A DNA stretch of 64,000 nucleotides from Phoronis australis (Eukaryota > Animalia > Phoronida): assembly GCA_002633005.1 (NCBI GenBank), contig NMRA01000006.1, positions 2,131,818-2,195,817 on the forward strand, in the 5' to 3' direction. Shown piece by piece: positions 38,340 through 51,730 of this stretch. Under the pieces are notes generated by a model. That model was not told the origin of the DNA, did not search any database, and saw nothing but the letters and a program-made list of their open reading frames with translations. Every line of letters begins with the position of its first letter. Within the stretch, counting starts at the first letter, position 1. The position numbers and the translations under genes are program-made.

Positions 38340-39015
38340 CTGGATAGAATATAAAAAGGCCAGAAATGCAGTAATCCACTACTCCCTGGCTTCAGAGCAG
38401 TGACCTACAACACAGCATTTCAAAATGTCTATCACTGCACATGCTCATAAAGTCACATGACCTAGTGAGGCTCCGCCGGGTGAAATCGGACAGCAACAAA
38501 AACAAAGCACACCCAGTGGCTGCAAAGTCAATGACTTCATCATTTTACCAGGATTTCTGTGTGTAGAGATCAAGGCAAATAACATGATTTGCAAAATATT
38601 AGAAGATATAAAATACTTCATAGATACATTTAACTGATTTTTTATCCCAAATATAAATGAAGGTAGATCATGCACAAGTTTAATTTTTGACAGGTTCATT
38701 TTTTCATTCTAAAAATGCTATACAAACCAGAAGCTTTGAAAAAATAATGTATTTTAAGTTTGGCTGCTGATACCAATTCAAAACACACACACAACTTGAC
38801 TACAAAAACACAGGGTTCATGCCAAGTACAACATCCCAACAGTCTGTTCAGCCTGGGATTCAGAATTTCATCCAAGGAGGACGGGGTCCGACAAGGGAAA
38901 ATTCATTCTCATTGTTTTCAAGTGAGAATGCATAGTCATTAAAGTACAATACATTTTTTTACATTTTTCATGGTCTGTTGGGGTCTATTTCGCAACGCCT
39001 ATCAAAAATTTTTCA

Positions 39016-40470
39016 CCGTATTTGCCCTAATAAGCGCCCATGCCCCTACAAGCGCTCCCCCACGTGTCTTCAGGCTTTGCTAAAATAAGCGCCCAGTCCA
39101 TGAACACCGTGTACATGCGAAAACAGTTCTAAAATTCTACAGTAACGTCTTCAATTTATCAATAAGATTTGGCAGTCATGAAAAAATCATTGTGCGTGGA
39201 ATTTGTAGACCACGAGCCTCGACGCTATGTCGGTATTTAGCCGTGACTATACACTTCAAACTTCCACCTTGCTTCAAAAAGAACGCAAGTTTTGCTGACG
39301 GATCTTGAGAGGGATGTGTCCTATTATGGTCTGGCCTTTCAGAACTGACGCAGCGTACTTGTGAAAGGGATTGTATTGTATCTTTCCCGCACAGATCTTC
39401 TTCCTCAACAGGAATCCAAATTTCTTTATACACATGAAAACCGCGAATCCGCGAAGACTAATAAAAACTTGACCTTTGTTCAGTTAAAAGCACGTGGCCA
39501 GGAAGCGCGCGCTACATTCAAGTAACTGTCATCGAAGATTAGTCTTTGGGAACTATCTATTCATGAAACGGGTAGCATAGTATCGGCAAGAAATAAATAC
39601 TGGCACTTATTTCCGAATACCGTAAAAAAGTTTGTGTTATTCTTAAGGGGGAACTATTAAATTAGTCGTAAATGGTGTTTTTAAAGTCAAAATGACCCAC
39701 TGATAGTAAACACTTCCACACCCTTACACCCCCTGAAAAAAAACTATTAGACTGTCACGCAACCTTTCACCTGGTGACTCAATATCGGCCTTACCGAGAC
39801 AATGCTCGAGCGTTTTTTTAGCAGATGAGATCAACAAGACTGCTAAATAAAACAGTTCTGCTTTACTGCTTGTGTTAATTTCCTTAGTTACAATGCATAC
39901 CTAGATCGTTACATCCGTTTACTCTGGCAAATCAACTCTGATGACACGCACGCGCTCGCTCACTCACACAATATGCAGACGAACTTCAAAACAAACATCA
40001 CGTGACAACAACACGTGTGTTCGTCCAGAGATTTTTCTCGTGTTGTGGAGTACGATCTAGCACAGATTTGGATTTAATATGCAGTTAATCCTGACTCCAC
40101 AGGAACTTAAAAATCTTAGGAACGCTATTTTGAAAACTTAAGGACTTCAGGTAATTTGTTGAGTCGAAAATATATTTTTACTCAAGAATTCAAGTTGACC
40201 TATCGGCGATCGCAAGGCAGCGACGCATCAGTCGGCGAGTTTTCGCACTGGGATTTTCTGAAAAGTGCTCGTAATTTAATAATTAAGTTTGATAGCAATA
40301 CTCTGTCATAGTTTACGGATGTGACACAGAGCATAAATTTGATGAATTCTAGCTTACGATTTCATCCGTTTCGGAGACCGGGTTTCAACCACTTTTGGGT
40401 TATAATAAGCGCCCCCCTTCCAGAAACGAATTTTTCTAAGCGCCCTGGATGCTTATTAGGGCGAATAGGG
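39016..40470. mobile_element. TIR element with CCGTATT-type ends (Tc1/mariner-pogo-like, non-autonomous)
   Basis: Left end CCGTATTTGCCCTAATAAGC; right end GCTTATTAGGGCGAATAGGG followed by TA; subterminal TAAGCGCCC repeats at both ends. Confidence 0.72.
39176..39457 (-). pseudogene. HIRAN-domain-like pseudogene inside the TIR element
   Basis: Reads SSRIRGFHVYKEIWIPVEEEDL, then after a frameshift YNPFHKYAASVLKGQTIIGHIPLKI, then after a second frameshift FFLKQGGSLKCIVTAKYRHSVEARGLQIP. This fits the RGxHxY...NxxDxxAV...GHxP pattern of HIRAN. Confidence 0.7.
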
Positions 40471-42071
40471 TAATCAAAATTGGATCACTGTAGTCAGACT
40501 CTGAACACAATTAAAATGATGAATTTAGATATATTTTCATGTGAAATAACTGCAGAACTAGGATTACTTATTTTTAGCCCAAGGGTCACATATTAACAAG
40601 GTTAAAACAGTGTCACTTCCGATAATTCCCAATTTCCGTAGCAAAGGGGTTGGTATTATAACAAACAACAATTTCTTGATGATAATACAGGAAAATAGCC
40701 ACTTCCCGCAATACGACAGCGCCTTCTCTGCTTCTGCGGTATTTACCCACAATGCTGCACATCCGTGGCCATGAGACACTAGCAACACAGCTGTACACTG
40801 CTGCTGTGGCAATCACAACTTTATATTGAAATTAGTTTACTCTTCATCATTTTGATATGAATAAAGTTTTAGAGTCGGACAGTAAGTTGCAATGCAGATA
40901 TAAAAATATTTCAAAGCTCAATGAAGTACGATAAAGTTAGCAGGCCTACACTTCGAAAGCTAGATCAATCCCATAAGGTGTTTTCATTACAACTAACTTC
41001 CTGTTTGGTAGTCAGTAGTCCTGAGGACACCAGTTTTCAGAGTCCCGATATCAATCATTCTTTTGTTAATCGCCACGCTAAGTCTTTTGTCCGATGTCAC
41101 CACGAAAACGCCTGAATTATATGCCACGCTGAATGAAAACATTAATGTAAAAACGCATAGACTCAAAACAGTTGTCACCAAATAAAAACCCATTGCAGCA
41201 TTTTGGCCAATTTTTATCATATTTCTTACGTTAAAAAAGGATTTTGCTTTAAAATTTCACGTGGAATTTAATTTCAGAAGTCAAACATATTAAAAAATTA
41301 CCAGTTTCTATCCTTGACACATCAATTTATTTCAGCCAGTATTTTATTGCCAAGAAGACATCACTAATGTGATAATTGCCCTGTACAACACATTAGGAGC
41401 TGAGGTCCAACTTCTGTGATATGAAGGCGGACGGCAACATCGGTTTTCCCCGGTTGATGTAGAGAAACATTGTCCAACCACAAGATACCATTGAACGACA
41501 ACCCGATTTTCTAACGTTCTACCTCCACAAATGAAGATTGAAGATTTCGGTATGTGGCAATTACAGGGTGGGAGAGGAGAGCAACTAGCAAAATATCAGC
41601 TTGATTCACATGGTTTTGCCACTGCTGGAAATCACATTGATATCACAGTATGTCACTTGTCCAGATGCAAGCTAACTGTGCATTAATATTGATCATGTAA
41701 AATCAGTAAATGAGAATATGGTAAGTGCTTCAACCAACAAGACAGCACAGTAACTTCTATAAACATACAGTATAGTAACATGTGTGTAAGAAACTAACAT
41801 TGGGCGTGTAAGACTGATGGTGATGATGTTGTGTGAATGTGAAAGAAAACCCCATTGACAAAGAAGACATCATTTACAGAATAGAAAGTGCAAGTTAAGC
41901 GCTATGGTGACACTGGTGAATAATTTATGACTCTATAATCTTTCATGACAGAAGAAATGAATAATATGCCAAAAGCAGAATTTAAGGTTAACAAAAACAA
42001 TACAGAGGGTTGATATGCACTCACAATAGCACTGCAAACTCTGTGCTTCTGAGTGTGTTTTAGGTACCACA

Positions 42072-42430
42072 AAAATGGTCATTAGATGATGCGGAATGAG
42101 TCAAAGCCATCCGAATTGAGGTCACATCGTCTCTGTAATATATTTCTACCAATATTTGTCAAATTTCATGAAATAAAGCCAATGAACTCCTAAGATATAG
42201 AGGCAAATGCAAAAAACTACTGACACTAGGGGAAACAGTTATAGACCGATTGGTCTGAAACTCATCGTCATCTGTTGCCATATGTAAAGCAGCCCATCTG
42301 CCAAATTTCGCAAAGATCATTCACAGGGTTAAGGAGATGCAGTCATAGATGCAAAATTGCCCCTAAGGGGAGCCAGAATAGTTGAAAACATATGAAAATC
42401 AATGTCAGCTGGGGTCTTTGCCACATGTGT
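42072..42430 (-). repeat. Partial copy of the same ~144-bp-unit repeat family
   Basis: Shares GTCAAATTTCATGAAA, AATGAACTCCTAAGATATAGAGGCAAATG and CACTAGGGG with the 47.4-49.1 kb array. A further decayed copy lies at ~49850-50270. Confidence 0.6.
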
Positions 42431-42480
42431 TATTGATACCATTGTTTTGCTATAAATATACCATTCCTTTTTTTACTAAA

Positions 42481-42950
42481 TTTTACTAAAAAGACAACTT
42501 CACAAGATCCAATTAAGGCAAATGGGTACTACAAAGTTAAAATTAAAGTTTGCACACTTTCTACATTAAAAATAACTGATATAAAGTTAAATTTCTATTT
42601 TTTGCAGATATCGGTTAAATGCAGGATTGTTAATAGGGTTCCACATAATAGGCCCAGAGTAATCTATTAATGGCTACAGCTAACATGCCCAGTCAAGTCC
42701 CACTGCACCTCAAGGACTAGGAATGACTACAGCAAACCGATATATCTTTTTTCAAAGCTAAATTTCACTAAAAGACAGGGTCACATGACCCAATTAATGG
42801 CAGATTGGTAAAAAGTCGAAAATCAAATTCTACACGCTTTCTACATTCAGAAAAAATACACTTTCACAAAGTTACTTTCCATAGTTTTGTACAGATACTA
42901 GCTAAATACAGACTTGTCACTTATGTCCTACAGAATTACCCGGAGTATTG
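42481..42950. repeat. Diverged direct duplication, ~280-bp period
   Basis: ACTAAAAAGACA...CCAATTAA...CTTTCTACATT...CAGATA occurs at ~42485 and again at ~42767. Confidence 0.55.
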
Positions 42951-43369
42951 ACATTTTGGTTTCAAGTTACAATCAAAATCTTCCAGCTTTGTACTTTCAG
43001 AAAATATATACTTTTGTAGCTGGTTAATTTGCAGCAATTGGCAAACCAGACTTGTCAATATGGTACCAGAGAGAAAAGAAATTTATTACAGTGACCAGTG
43101 TTACTTGAACACATAGCCCACTGGACTTATTACAGCGAACAGTATTACTTCAACACTCACCTCACTGAGCTTATTAGTCACTTAAAACAGCCACGAAAAA
43201 CATGTGTTGAATGTGCAGCTCACAGGTGTGTACTGCACGATGGCTCTGTTTCGATACGGTTGCGGGCTTCCTACCGTGTGCTATGTTCACACTCTCCACT
43301 TGTAAGGCCCTCTTCCGGCTGCCACGTGTATTTCAATGTTTAGTTCGCTATGTATATGTTCATTCCAGT

Positions 43370-43413
43370 CATTGCCTGATGATGAGACATGCCGTCTCGA
43401 AATATAGCTAGTG
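43370..43413 (+). ncRNA. Minimal type-I hammerhead ribozyme motif (Penelope-like)
   Basis: CATTGC-CTGATGA-T-GAGAC(ATGCC)GTCTC-GAA-ATAT-A-GC(T)AGTG: stem I, catalytic core, 5-bp stem II, and a palindromic tetranucleotide in place of stem III. Confidence 0.68.
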
Positions 43414-43460
43414 TTTTAATTTGTTTGTTTGTTATGTTTCTTGGTGTTTACTACATACCT

Positions 43461-43500
43461 GCACACCTGAAGAAAGGAGACCGTTCCGAAACTACGAGCG
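43461..43500 (+). ncRNA. Second, degenerate minimal hammerhead motif
   Basis: GCACAC-CTGAAGA-AA-GGAG(ACCG)TTCC-GAAAC-TAC-GAGCG; core and stem II are present, but stem I and the palindrome are decayed. Confidence 0.45.
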
Positions 43501-46500
43501 TACCAGTATCAAGCTTGCAAACAAAAATTCTAGTCGAACTTTAAACCAAATACAAGAACAGCAATGCACACACAATTTGATAAAAAGATCAAAACCATTT
43601 AAGAAATTAAATGAACAAATAATTTCCTTGTACATATCTCTAAGCATGCTGCCTGTGCTTAAGAAGCGTTTCCACCACAATCAATCTCAGTTTAGGCAAT
43701 GAAATAATAAATATTAAACAGAGACTACAAATCAGAAATTTGCCTAGTTGAGACAGAATAATGCATCTAAGATTCCATGCAACAAATCTGAAAATTGTCA
43801 CAAAGGCATCAGTTTCTGACTTAAATGACCAAGACTGATGCCAAGAATTTTCATTACAGTTATTTTCCGTAAAAGAATATTAACAAAGTCTTGGGAGTGT
43901 CAGTAATTAATTAGCAATACTGTCAATTTTTCATGATTGTAAACACCAGTACCATAGACCTGGGCCTATTGATTTTCCAAGATAAATATTTTTAAAATAT
44001 ATTTAAAAGGGTACTCCTGCTGCTTCTGCAGTTAACTCTGGGAACTCAATTTAGCTGGCACATGTACTAGTATGTATTTTGGATGCTCTCTTAGTGGGAA
44101 CTCAAGTTAACAGGCACTTGTACGTATTCACGCAGTAAAGTTTAGCACACTTGTTACCCATCTCAATATCAAACACAAACCAAGTTTCTGATCAATTATA
44201 AAATTACTTTTTTCTCAACTTGGCCATCAAGACATGGTACGATTACCAACCATTGTGTCCGCTGTCCAAAAATGCTTCAAGCTATATGTTTGCTAAATGA
44301 AACAGTTGCACAGAACTAGGAAATGGATCATGTTTATTTTAATAATGTAACCATATGATCATTTTTTCCATTAGAAAGCTAAACTATTTTCACAGGAGAT
44401 CAATTACTGTTGCGAAAAGAATGCGATTTCTGTGCCAACTTTAAATTGCTGTGTAATGAAACAGACATATTTCCCCGCAGACTTTCTGTTGTCAGGATCA
44501 ACATGTTTAAAGATATTTCTCAAAAGTGAAGCATTTCAACTTCCCAGTCCACCACAGGTGTTCAACCTTAAAAAAGTAAGAATCACCATGACTACTAAAC
44601 ATCATAGAAGTCAATAACAACACAGAAAACAGAATAACACTAATGTCAACCCCAATGCAATGGCGAACCTTCCTCATGTTACAAAACATAGACACTGAGC
44701 AGACAAAATCAGAATTTTTGCCTTGTCCGGTTATACAGATGCCTCAGCAAAATGTCGCACGTTAATAATGAGGTAATTTCTGATGCCACTTTCCTTTTCG
44801 TTTACATAATTTTTGTCTGCTTAAACACAGAGCTCCTCAGCTATGGTTTGGTAAAAGCTGCATTTGCACTGTTTAGCTGGATAAAATATTAAAATCAAAT
44901 TTGGACTTCTACTCTCATAAAATTGATCTCATAATGTTCGATAGCATGATATGATTCCATTTCCACCAGCAACAAGAACATCAAAACCATCAAAGTCTAT
45001 TGGGGTTGGCCAACACTTAATTTGCAAATTCAAAAAATGGCGCATGTACGCATTGCATGTGTCTTGGGTTAGTAACGAAAATAGAAACCTATCATAGTAA
45101 GAAATATTACGAAACTGATTTTACAGAGAGTAAAAAGTCTTCTATGACCTGTGCTTTTCATGCTAAGAATTGCATGATGACACTTAGCTTACCTCAAAAT
45201 CCAACTGCTCCCTGGTGGTTTGGTAATTGGCCCAATTATGTTGCACATCAGAATTAATGAGGAGCATATTATTGCAACAGTAACATTAAACAAACATTTT
45301 CCGTTGTAAAAGTGACATTTCCATTTTCAAAACTCAAAAATCTAATTATGACTGATTTTCACAAGCTATTCAAATATGTTATTTGCAAACTTTCAAACCT
45401 GAAGGATAATTCAACAGCCAGAGGCGATTTAATTAACCACAACAGTATGGTGTGTTAGCTCTCAACTGGCAGCTTCTGTGGTGCACTAACCGGTCCAATT
45501 GCCCAATCTTGACCAGTTAGGGGGCCAACACAGGATTCTTTTCAAGTTAGCCAGCTAAACAGGGTGAAAATGCAACTCTAATCATCACTATTGCTATTAT
45601 TTGAAACAATTTAATATTCCACAATGCTCTAAATTCCCTGTTTTCAAGATATTTACAATGCATTGGGTATTGTATTCTGTTTTGGACAACTGAAAGATAC
45701 GGAATTTCAAAAAGAGAGAAATAATCAGTCTCTGAGATATCTGCACTCCTGCATTTTCAACCTGTTGTTTGACAACTTAAAAAGAAAATTTTGCCAAAAG
45801 GCACTTGTATCTATGCAATCAACGAGGTATGTGCTCATTGGCTTGAATCTGTTCCACGCAACTAATTTTGAAAAATATTTAAATATCACTTTGTAAAAAA
45901 TACAAACTGAGAATATACCTATAACTTCTAGTTGCTGAGATAATTTCTATCACTTATTTTTCAGCAAGTTGTAATGTGCTAACAATTGCAGGTGGGGGTA
46001 AACCTTTATTCAGAAATTGTGAAGTGGAAACATTAAACTAAATTTCTGTCTTAGTCCCTTAGTCACGTATCATAGAACAGACCTGTGGTTACAGTTTCCA
46101 TGCTACCTGGGATTGAACTAAGTGACACATCATGTATTCTAGTAATTATCTTAGTACAGGTAAGGGATTGTTCACATGTCATTGCCCATTACATAATCAT
46201 GCCTGTCATTTTTGAAATACACTGAGAGGACTATTATTGAGTAGACTAACTAAGCAAGGCTTTTCTAATTAACTGGGGCACCTTTTATGGCAGACTGGGG
46301 TACAAATGCAGATTAAGAAGGTTCAGCTAGTACTGTCTTTATTACTGTGAAAAGCAGCTGTTTTGGTGGGAAACTGCTGTAAACATTTGTGTTAATACCC
46401 ATGCTCCATACTCATGCAAGCGGGCTACTTTTGAAAATTTTCAGATTAAGAACCCATTGTTCGGCTTAACAGTCACCCTCCACTTTTGAAAATTGACAAC

Positions 46501-47415
46501 TGAGTGCCCTCTGCTCGGACTAGAACACATCAGCATTTTGCTTCAACAAATGTATTCTCATATCAGAAAGGCACGCACTCCAATACACAGATCGGAATAA
46601 TTTCCAGTCCCAACTTCCGAGCGTCATCGACAGGCCTAGAGCAAATGCCTTTGTACTTCAAGTTTGAAGGTCATAAGTGGAGACTGGCTACTAACTCAAG
46701 TTAAGCACACATTTGATCAAGCACCCACCCCCCATTTCCAGGCTCCGCAATTTATGTACCCTACACATTAACCCCAACCTTTATGGTATCCTTTTAAAAC
46801 TTGGCTATACTTGAAATTTGGAAACCTGGATTTTTTGAAAACTTTCAGTCAGAGTGCTTATCCTACGTTCTAGACAGCGATCACAACTTCGAAAATTTTC
46901 CATATCCAATTCAAGTCCATGAAATGTTGATAAATCATTACACTGGCACAGATGGAAAATGTATATTGGAAAAACAAGACAAATCTGCTGGTATGTTTAA
47001 TTCACGAGCACATAATATCGATGTGAAATATTCTACCACCAAGCAGTAGCTTTTTTGCAGCATGTAAATTGACAATTTTTGCACAAATTCTGTGAACAAA
47101 AATGAGATCATTTCTGTATTTTCCCAAGACACACACGCAGAGCTAACAATACTGGCACATGTACAATAACATTTTCAGCAATATTTATCTAAATCTAGTG
47201 ATAAAAACTGCGACTTAATACAGATCTCTCTTAAGTACGCTAAACAGCTACAGTATTGATCGACATGATGGTTTATTGATTTGAGTTAAGTATTCACCAA
47301 TGTGTTTTGATGTAGTGGGCCACACTGGCTAGGTTTGGTTCTCTTTCACACAATTGGTCACGACGGTTCCACCACACCTTCAAATCCCAGACCTACATGA
47401 TATCTTGGAAACCAG

Positions 47416-49127
47416 AACAAGAGCAATGCAGAATGCTGAAATACACCAACGACAGCGACGGAATGTTTTTAGTATCGTCAAAATGGCCACTAGATGGCGC
47501 AGAATATGACAAACCTGTCCGAAATTAGGAAAGTGTCGTCTCTCTAATACAAAACTGTTCGTCAAATTTCATGAAAATCCACCAAGGAACTCAAAGTTTA
47601 CAGAGGCAGACGTAAAAAACAAAATTAGCATTAGAAGACACAGAGGTAGTCGAATCCATCCATCTGATGTCAAGTAAATAGGAATAGACTTGACAAATTG
47701 TGATCTTGCAAGGGGTTTAGTTTATACAGCCGTAGATGCAAAAATAATGTCACTAGGGAGCACAACACAGTTACGTTGGACCCATTTGAATATCCATGCC
47801 AGTCGTGCTCTTGTCAGTAGGAATACAACAGCCAATTTTCATAACGGTTTTCTGAGCAGTTTGGCCAATACAGAAGCAAACAGCAAAAAACAGACTAAAC
47901 AATAATTGACGTGACCACTAGGTAGCGCAAAATATGTTGTATTCATCACAAACTAGAAAGATGCAGCCATCTTCATAAAAGAAATTTGTTTCCAAATTTC
48001 ATGAAAACACCATCAAGGAACACAGAAGAGATGGAGGCACAGGTAAAAAATGCAATTGCTACTGGGGGGCATAGCGGTTGTCAGAGCCGTCCAGTCTTGG
48101 GCACCCACTACCACATGTATAAGAAAACCACCTGCAAAAGTGCACAAACAACATGCAAAGGAATCGAAAGCTGCAACCATAATGACAAAAATACAAAAAA
48201 AACACCACAAGGTGGCGACACATATCTCAGATCTGTCCAAAAATCAATGTCGGCCATGGTCTTCTCATCAGGAACACAACTGCTATGATTCATAATGACC
48301 CTTTGAGCAGTTTGGCAGATAAAGAGGCAAATGCTAAAAAACAAACTCAAAATCATAAAAAAGCCACTAAGTGGCGCAAAATATATTGAATCTGTCCAAA
48401 AATGGAAAGGCATAGTTGTCGCCTTAATAGAAACTCATTTGTCAAATTTCAGAAAATCTATCAATGAACTCCAAAGATACAGAGGGAAATGTAAAAAACT
48501 AAAACTGCCACTAGGGGGCACACCTGTAGTTGGACTGGTCTGAAACTCGCTATTTTTTATCATCTTCATAGTACCATATTTGCCACATTTCACAAACATC
48601 CTTCAAAGAGTTAAGGAAACATAGCCGTGGACGCAAAAACAAATAAATTTTCACTAGGGGTCGCCACAGCAGTCGAACATGTCCAAAAATCAGTGTCAGC
48701 TGCAGCTTTCTCATCAGGAAAACATCTACCAATTTTCATGATGATCCTTTGAACGCTTGGGCTAATAGGAAGGCGGATGTCAATTTTTTTAATTACCACC
48801 AGGTGGCGCAGAATATGTCAAATCTGTCGAAAATGGGAAAGCATCATCGTCTCTTAACTAGAAACCTATTTACTAAATTTCATGCAAATACATCGAAGAA
48901 CTCCAAAGATACAGAGGCAAATGTAAAAAACTAAAATTGCCACTAGGGGGCAGAGCAGTAGTCGAATCTGTCTGAAACTCGTGGCCATCTGTCATCAGCT
49001 TCACAGAAACACATCTGTCAAATCTCATTACGATCCTTCAAGAGGCTTAATAGATACAGCCACCGAAGCTGGACACCCAGAGATGATGGCAATATGCACC
49101 CACATATAACTAGTGGGCGCATAAAAA
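47416..49127 (-). mobile_element. Helentron/HINE-like non-autonomous element with internal ~144-bp tandem array
   Basis: Terminal hairpin ATGCACCCAC...GTGGGCGCATAAAAA (49094-49127) matches, in reverse complement, the start of the copy at 10109. About 11 diverged internal units. The family assignment is structural inference. Confidence 0.65.
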
Positions 49128-50411
49128 TGTACATCAAAGACAAACCCAAATGATGACGAACCCAAGGCAATACGACTTCAACCAACACCCTCCTTCATCA
49201 ATCCTCCACTTCTTTTGTTTATTTAACAGAGATGACGTCAATGGTATAAAATATCCATCTGAGATGATACCCAAGAGGGCAACATCAACCCTGTACAAAA
49301 TAGCTAGCAAATATGACGATACCAGAGAGAGCAAAATAGCACCTGAACAAAATACTTATCAAAGTTGACGAGGGCAAAATACTGCAATGGTAGCATAACC
49401 TTAGCCCTCCTATACGAAACATCTCATTATCTGTCCACTCTATTTTGGAGCTTTGACAACTTCTGGGATTATTATTATTATCAAAATGTCATATTCCATT
49501 TAATAGACACAGGCACCTGCCATACAAAGAGATAATTTTAAGACACCAATAAACATAAGAGATTCCAAAAAAAAACGCAAGACCAACACATGGCTAAGAC
49601 TTATGGCTTCAAGCTATAAATGATTTTAATCAAGAACTTGTCAAAAGATAATTTCATGCACTTTACATCTTTTGATTTCAAGTGGCACTATGTTAAATTG
49701 AATATTTTAGCTTGAAAATAATTGCTTAACGTCAAGGGCTTGATGGTAACAAAATGATGTCAATAAAATCTTGGCACGCCATGCACGTGTGTATTTATAG
49801 CAGATGTCACTGTTGTCAGACAGCCACAAAACAACATGGAGAAATAAAATTTCAAAGAGCAGAACGTTGCAAAAATGATATGAGGTAAAGCAGATGAATT
49901 ATTTATTTCCACATAAAGTTTCATCAATATCAGTCAAAATGTCTCGACAATAACCGTTGAACAAATTCTTGTCAAAAACTGAAACTGCTAATGGGGGATT
50001 GTCACGGCAATCAAAACCATCCAAACATTGACTGGTGTCAGGGAATTCCCATTACAAAAGGCACTGTTAAGTCATTTCACCAAAATTTGACTAAAACAGA
50101 CCATCTTGTCAAAAATACAAAATGACCAACAAGTGATGCCATGATAGTCGAATCAATCATAAAATAAATTAGTGCCGGCGCATCTTTGACACGCAACTAT
50201 GTGCAAAATTTCATCAAAATCGAACTACGGAAAGCAAAAGAAAAACAACATCCGACGGTCGACAGACAGGATGCTAACTACATGCGAATACAATTGATTT
50301 ATGCTACTGCACTAATAAAACCACCTTCATCTCATGCCTGACAAGGATTTGTTATGATTTCAGAGGCTTACAAGAACTGCCTATAACATACATTAATTAC
50401 TGCCTCAAAGC

Positions 50412-50466
50412 AAGCTTGTCACCGAAAGGGGGGTACTTTTAAGTACCCCCTTTCGGTGACAAGCTT
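50412..50466. repeat. Near-perfect 55-bp palindrome
   Basis: AAGCTTGTCACCGAAAGGGGGGTACTT-TT-AAGTACCCCCTTTCGGTGACAAGCTT; a single G bulge. Confidence 0.9.
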
Positions 50467-51730
50467 AAAAGGATATCTCAAACCTTATTCACAAAAACTG
50501 ACCATTTTTACAATAATCCACGTGTCTAGCAAAATACCTGATCTTCACTCTCGGGGAACTTCAAATACGAAAAATATACTGTGTAGAAACACAAAAAAGA
50601 TTTAACAGAACCACCTTGGAACCGCACAACAGCGTGGAAATTTGTTTACTACTTATCCCAGGTCAAAGGTTGTGGGGCTGTCAATCAAATCGATTCTCCC
50701 GCCAGGCAGCTGCGTATGTACCCTCAGTCCTTTCATTCACCGAGTCACCATGATAATGCGTCAACAACGTGTATATATGATAGAAAGATGCCCCGCAAAA
50801 TGAAGACATAACGTAGCTTTCATCCTGAGAGTTGTGTGTCTGCATGCATACCACTGTTGAGAACGAACGGCGTATGCACCTGTGACTTTCTGTATCCATT
50901 TCGTGAATGTTGAAATAATGTATGAGGCTAAGGTCTGTATAGGCTATATTGACCAAAAACAGGTTTTCACCGAACAATTAACCTAAGACCAATAAGACTT
51001 TCACCAGTCTCGTGATTTAATTGGCTTTTTTCTCAGCTTTGGCAAATCAACTTCATTTGAACTAATGAACAAGAGTTCTCAAAAACAGCTCAGTGAATTT
51101 CACTGATACTTTCCAAACGCAATATTTATTCATCAATCTCAAAAACAGTGTTAGGATTTTCGATATAAAGACCTAGTTTTTGGGTAATGTAATAAAGACG
51201 AATATGACTGCTATTTTTTACAAAAATACCTTATGTTTTGCGACTTGATTAGTAACAGAAACCAAATGAAATGCCTATTGAAAATTCCAAACGTTTTTGA
51301 GGTAATTGGTGAAGTTTTCACCTCAAACAAGTTTCATTAAAATCGAACGAGGGGTTATTTTGCTACGAATGTGCCTTTCTTAAAAATGAAATTTTTACTT
51401 AAAAAGGTGTTACCATAATAATAATAATGATAATGGTAATTTTTATATTCCCTGATCTTTTTTCTTTCAGAAAATATATACTTTCACTGGTTGACAAAGG
51501 CTAGTTATACATTTATTAAAGCGTTCCTCATCATCTTCCTGTTGAAAATCATGCAAGGCTTCAACACCTTTCCTCGTGATCGTCTCAAGTGTGTTAATCA
51601 CAAATTTTTCCCCGGATGGAAATTAAAGGCCAATCAGGAAAACTAAACACAAAAATGGTTCACATTTACAGAATATGCAATGAAACCTGTTTGCTCCAGA
51701 TCATACAACTGAAAAGCCTCACAATTTTAA

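Noticed and set aside
51480-51620. Minus-strand stretch reading NTLETITRKGVEALHDFQQEDDEERFNK
   Set aside because: Protein-like, but there is an in-frame stop just upstream, no convincing splice sites and no recognisable family.
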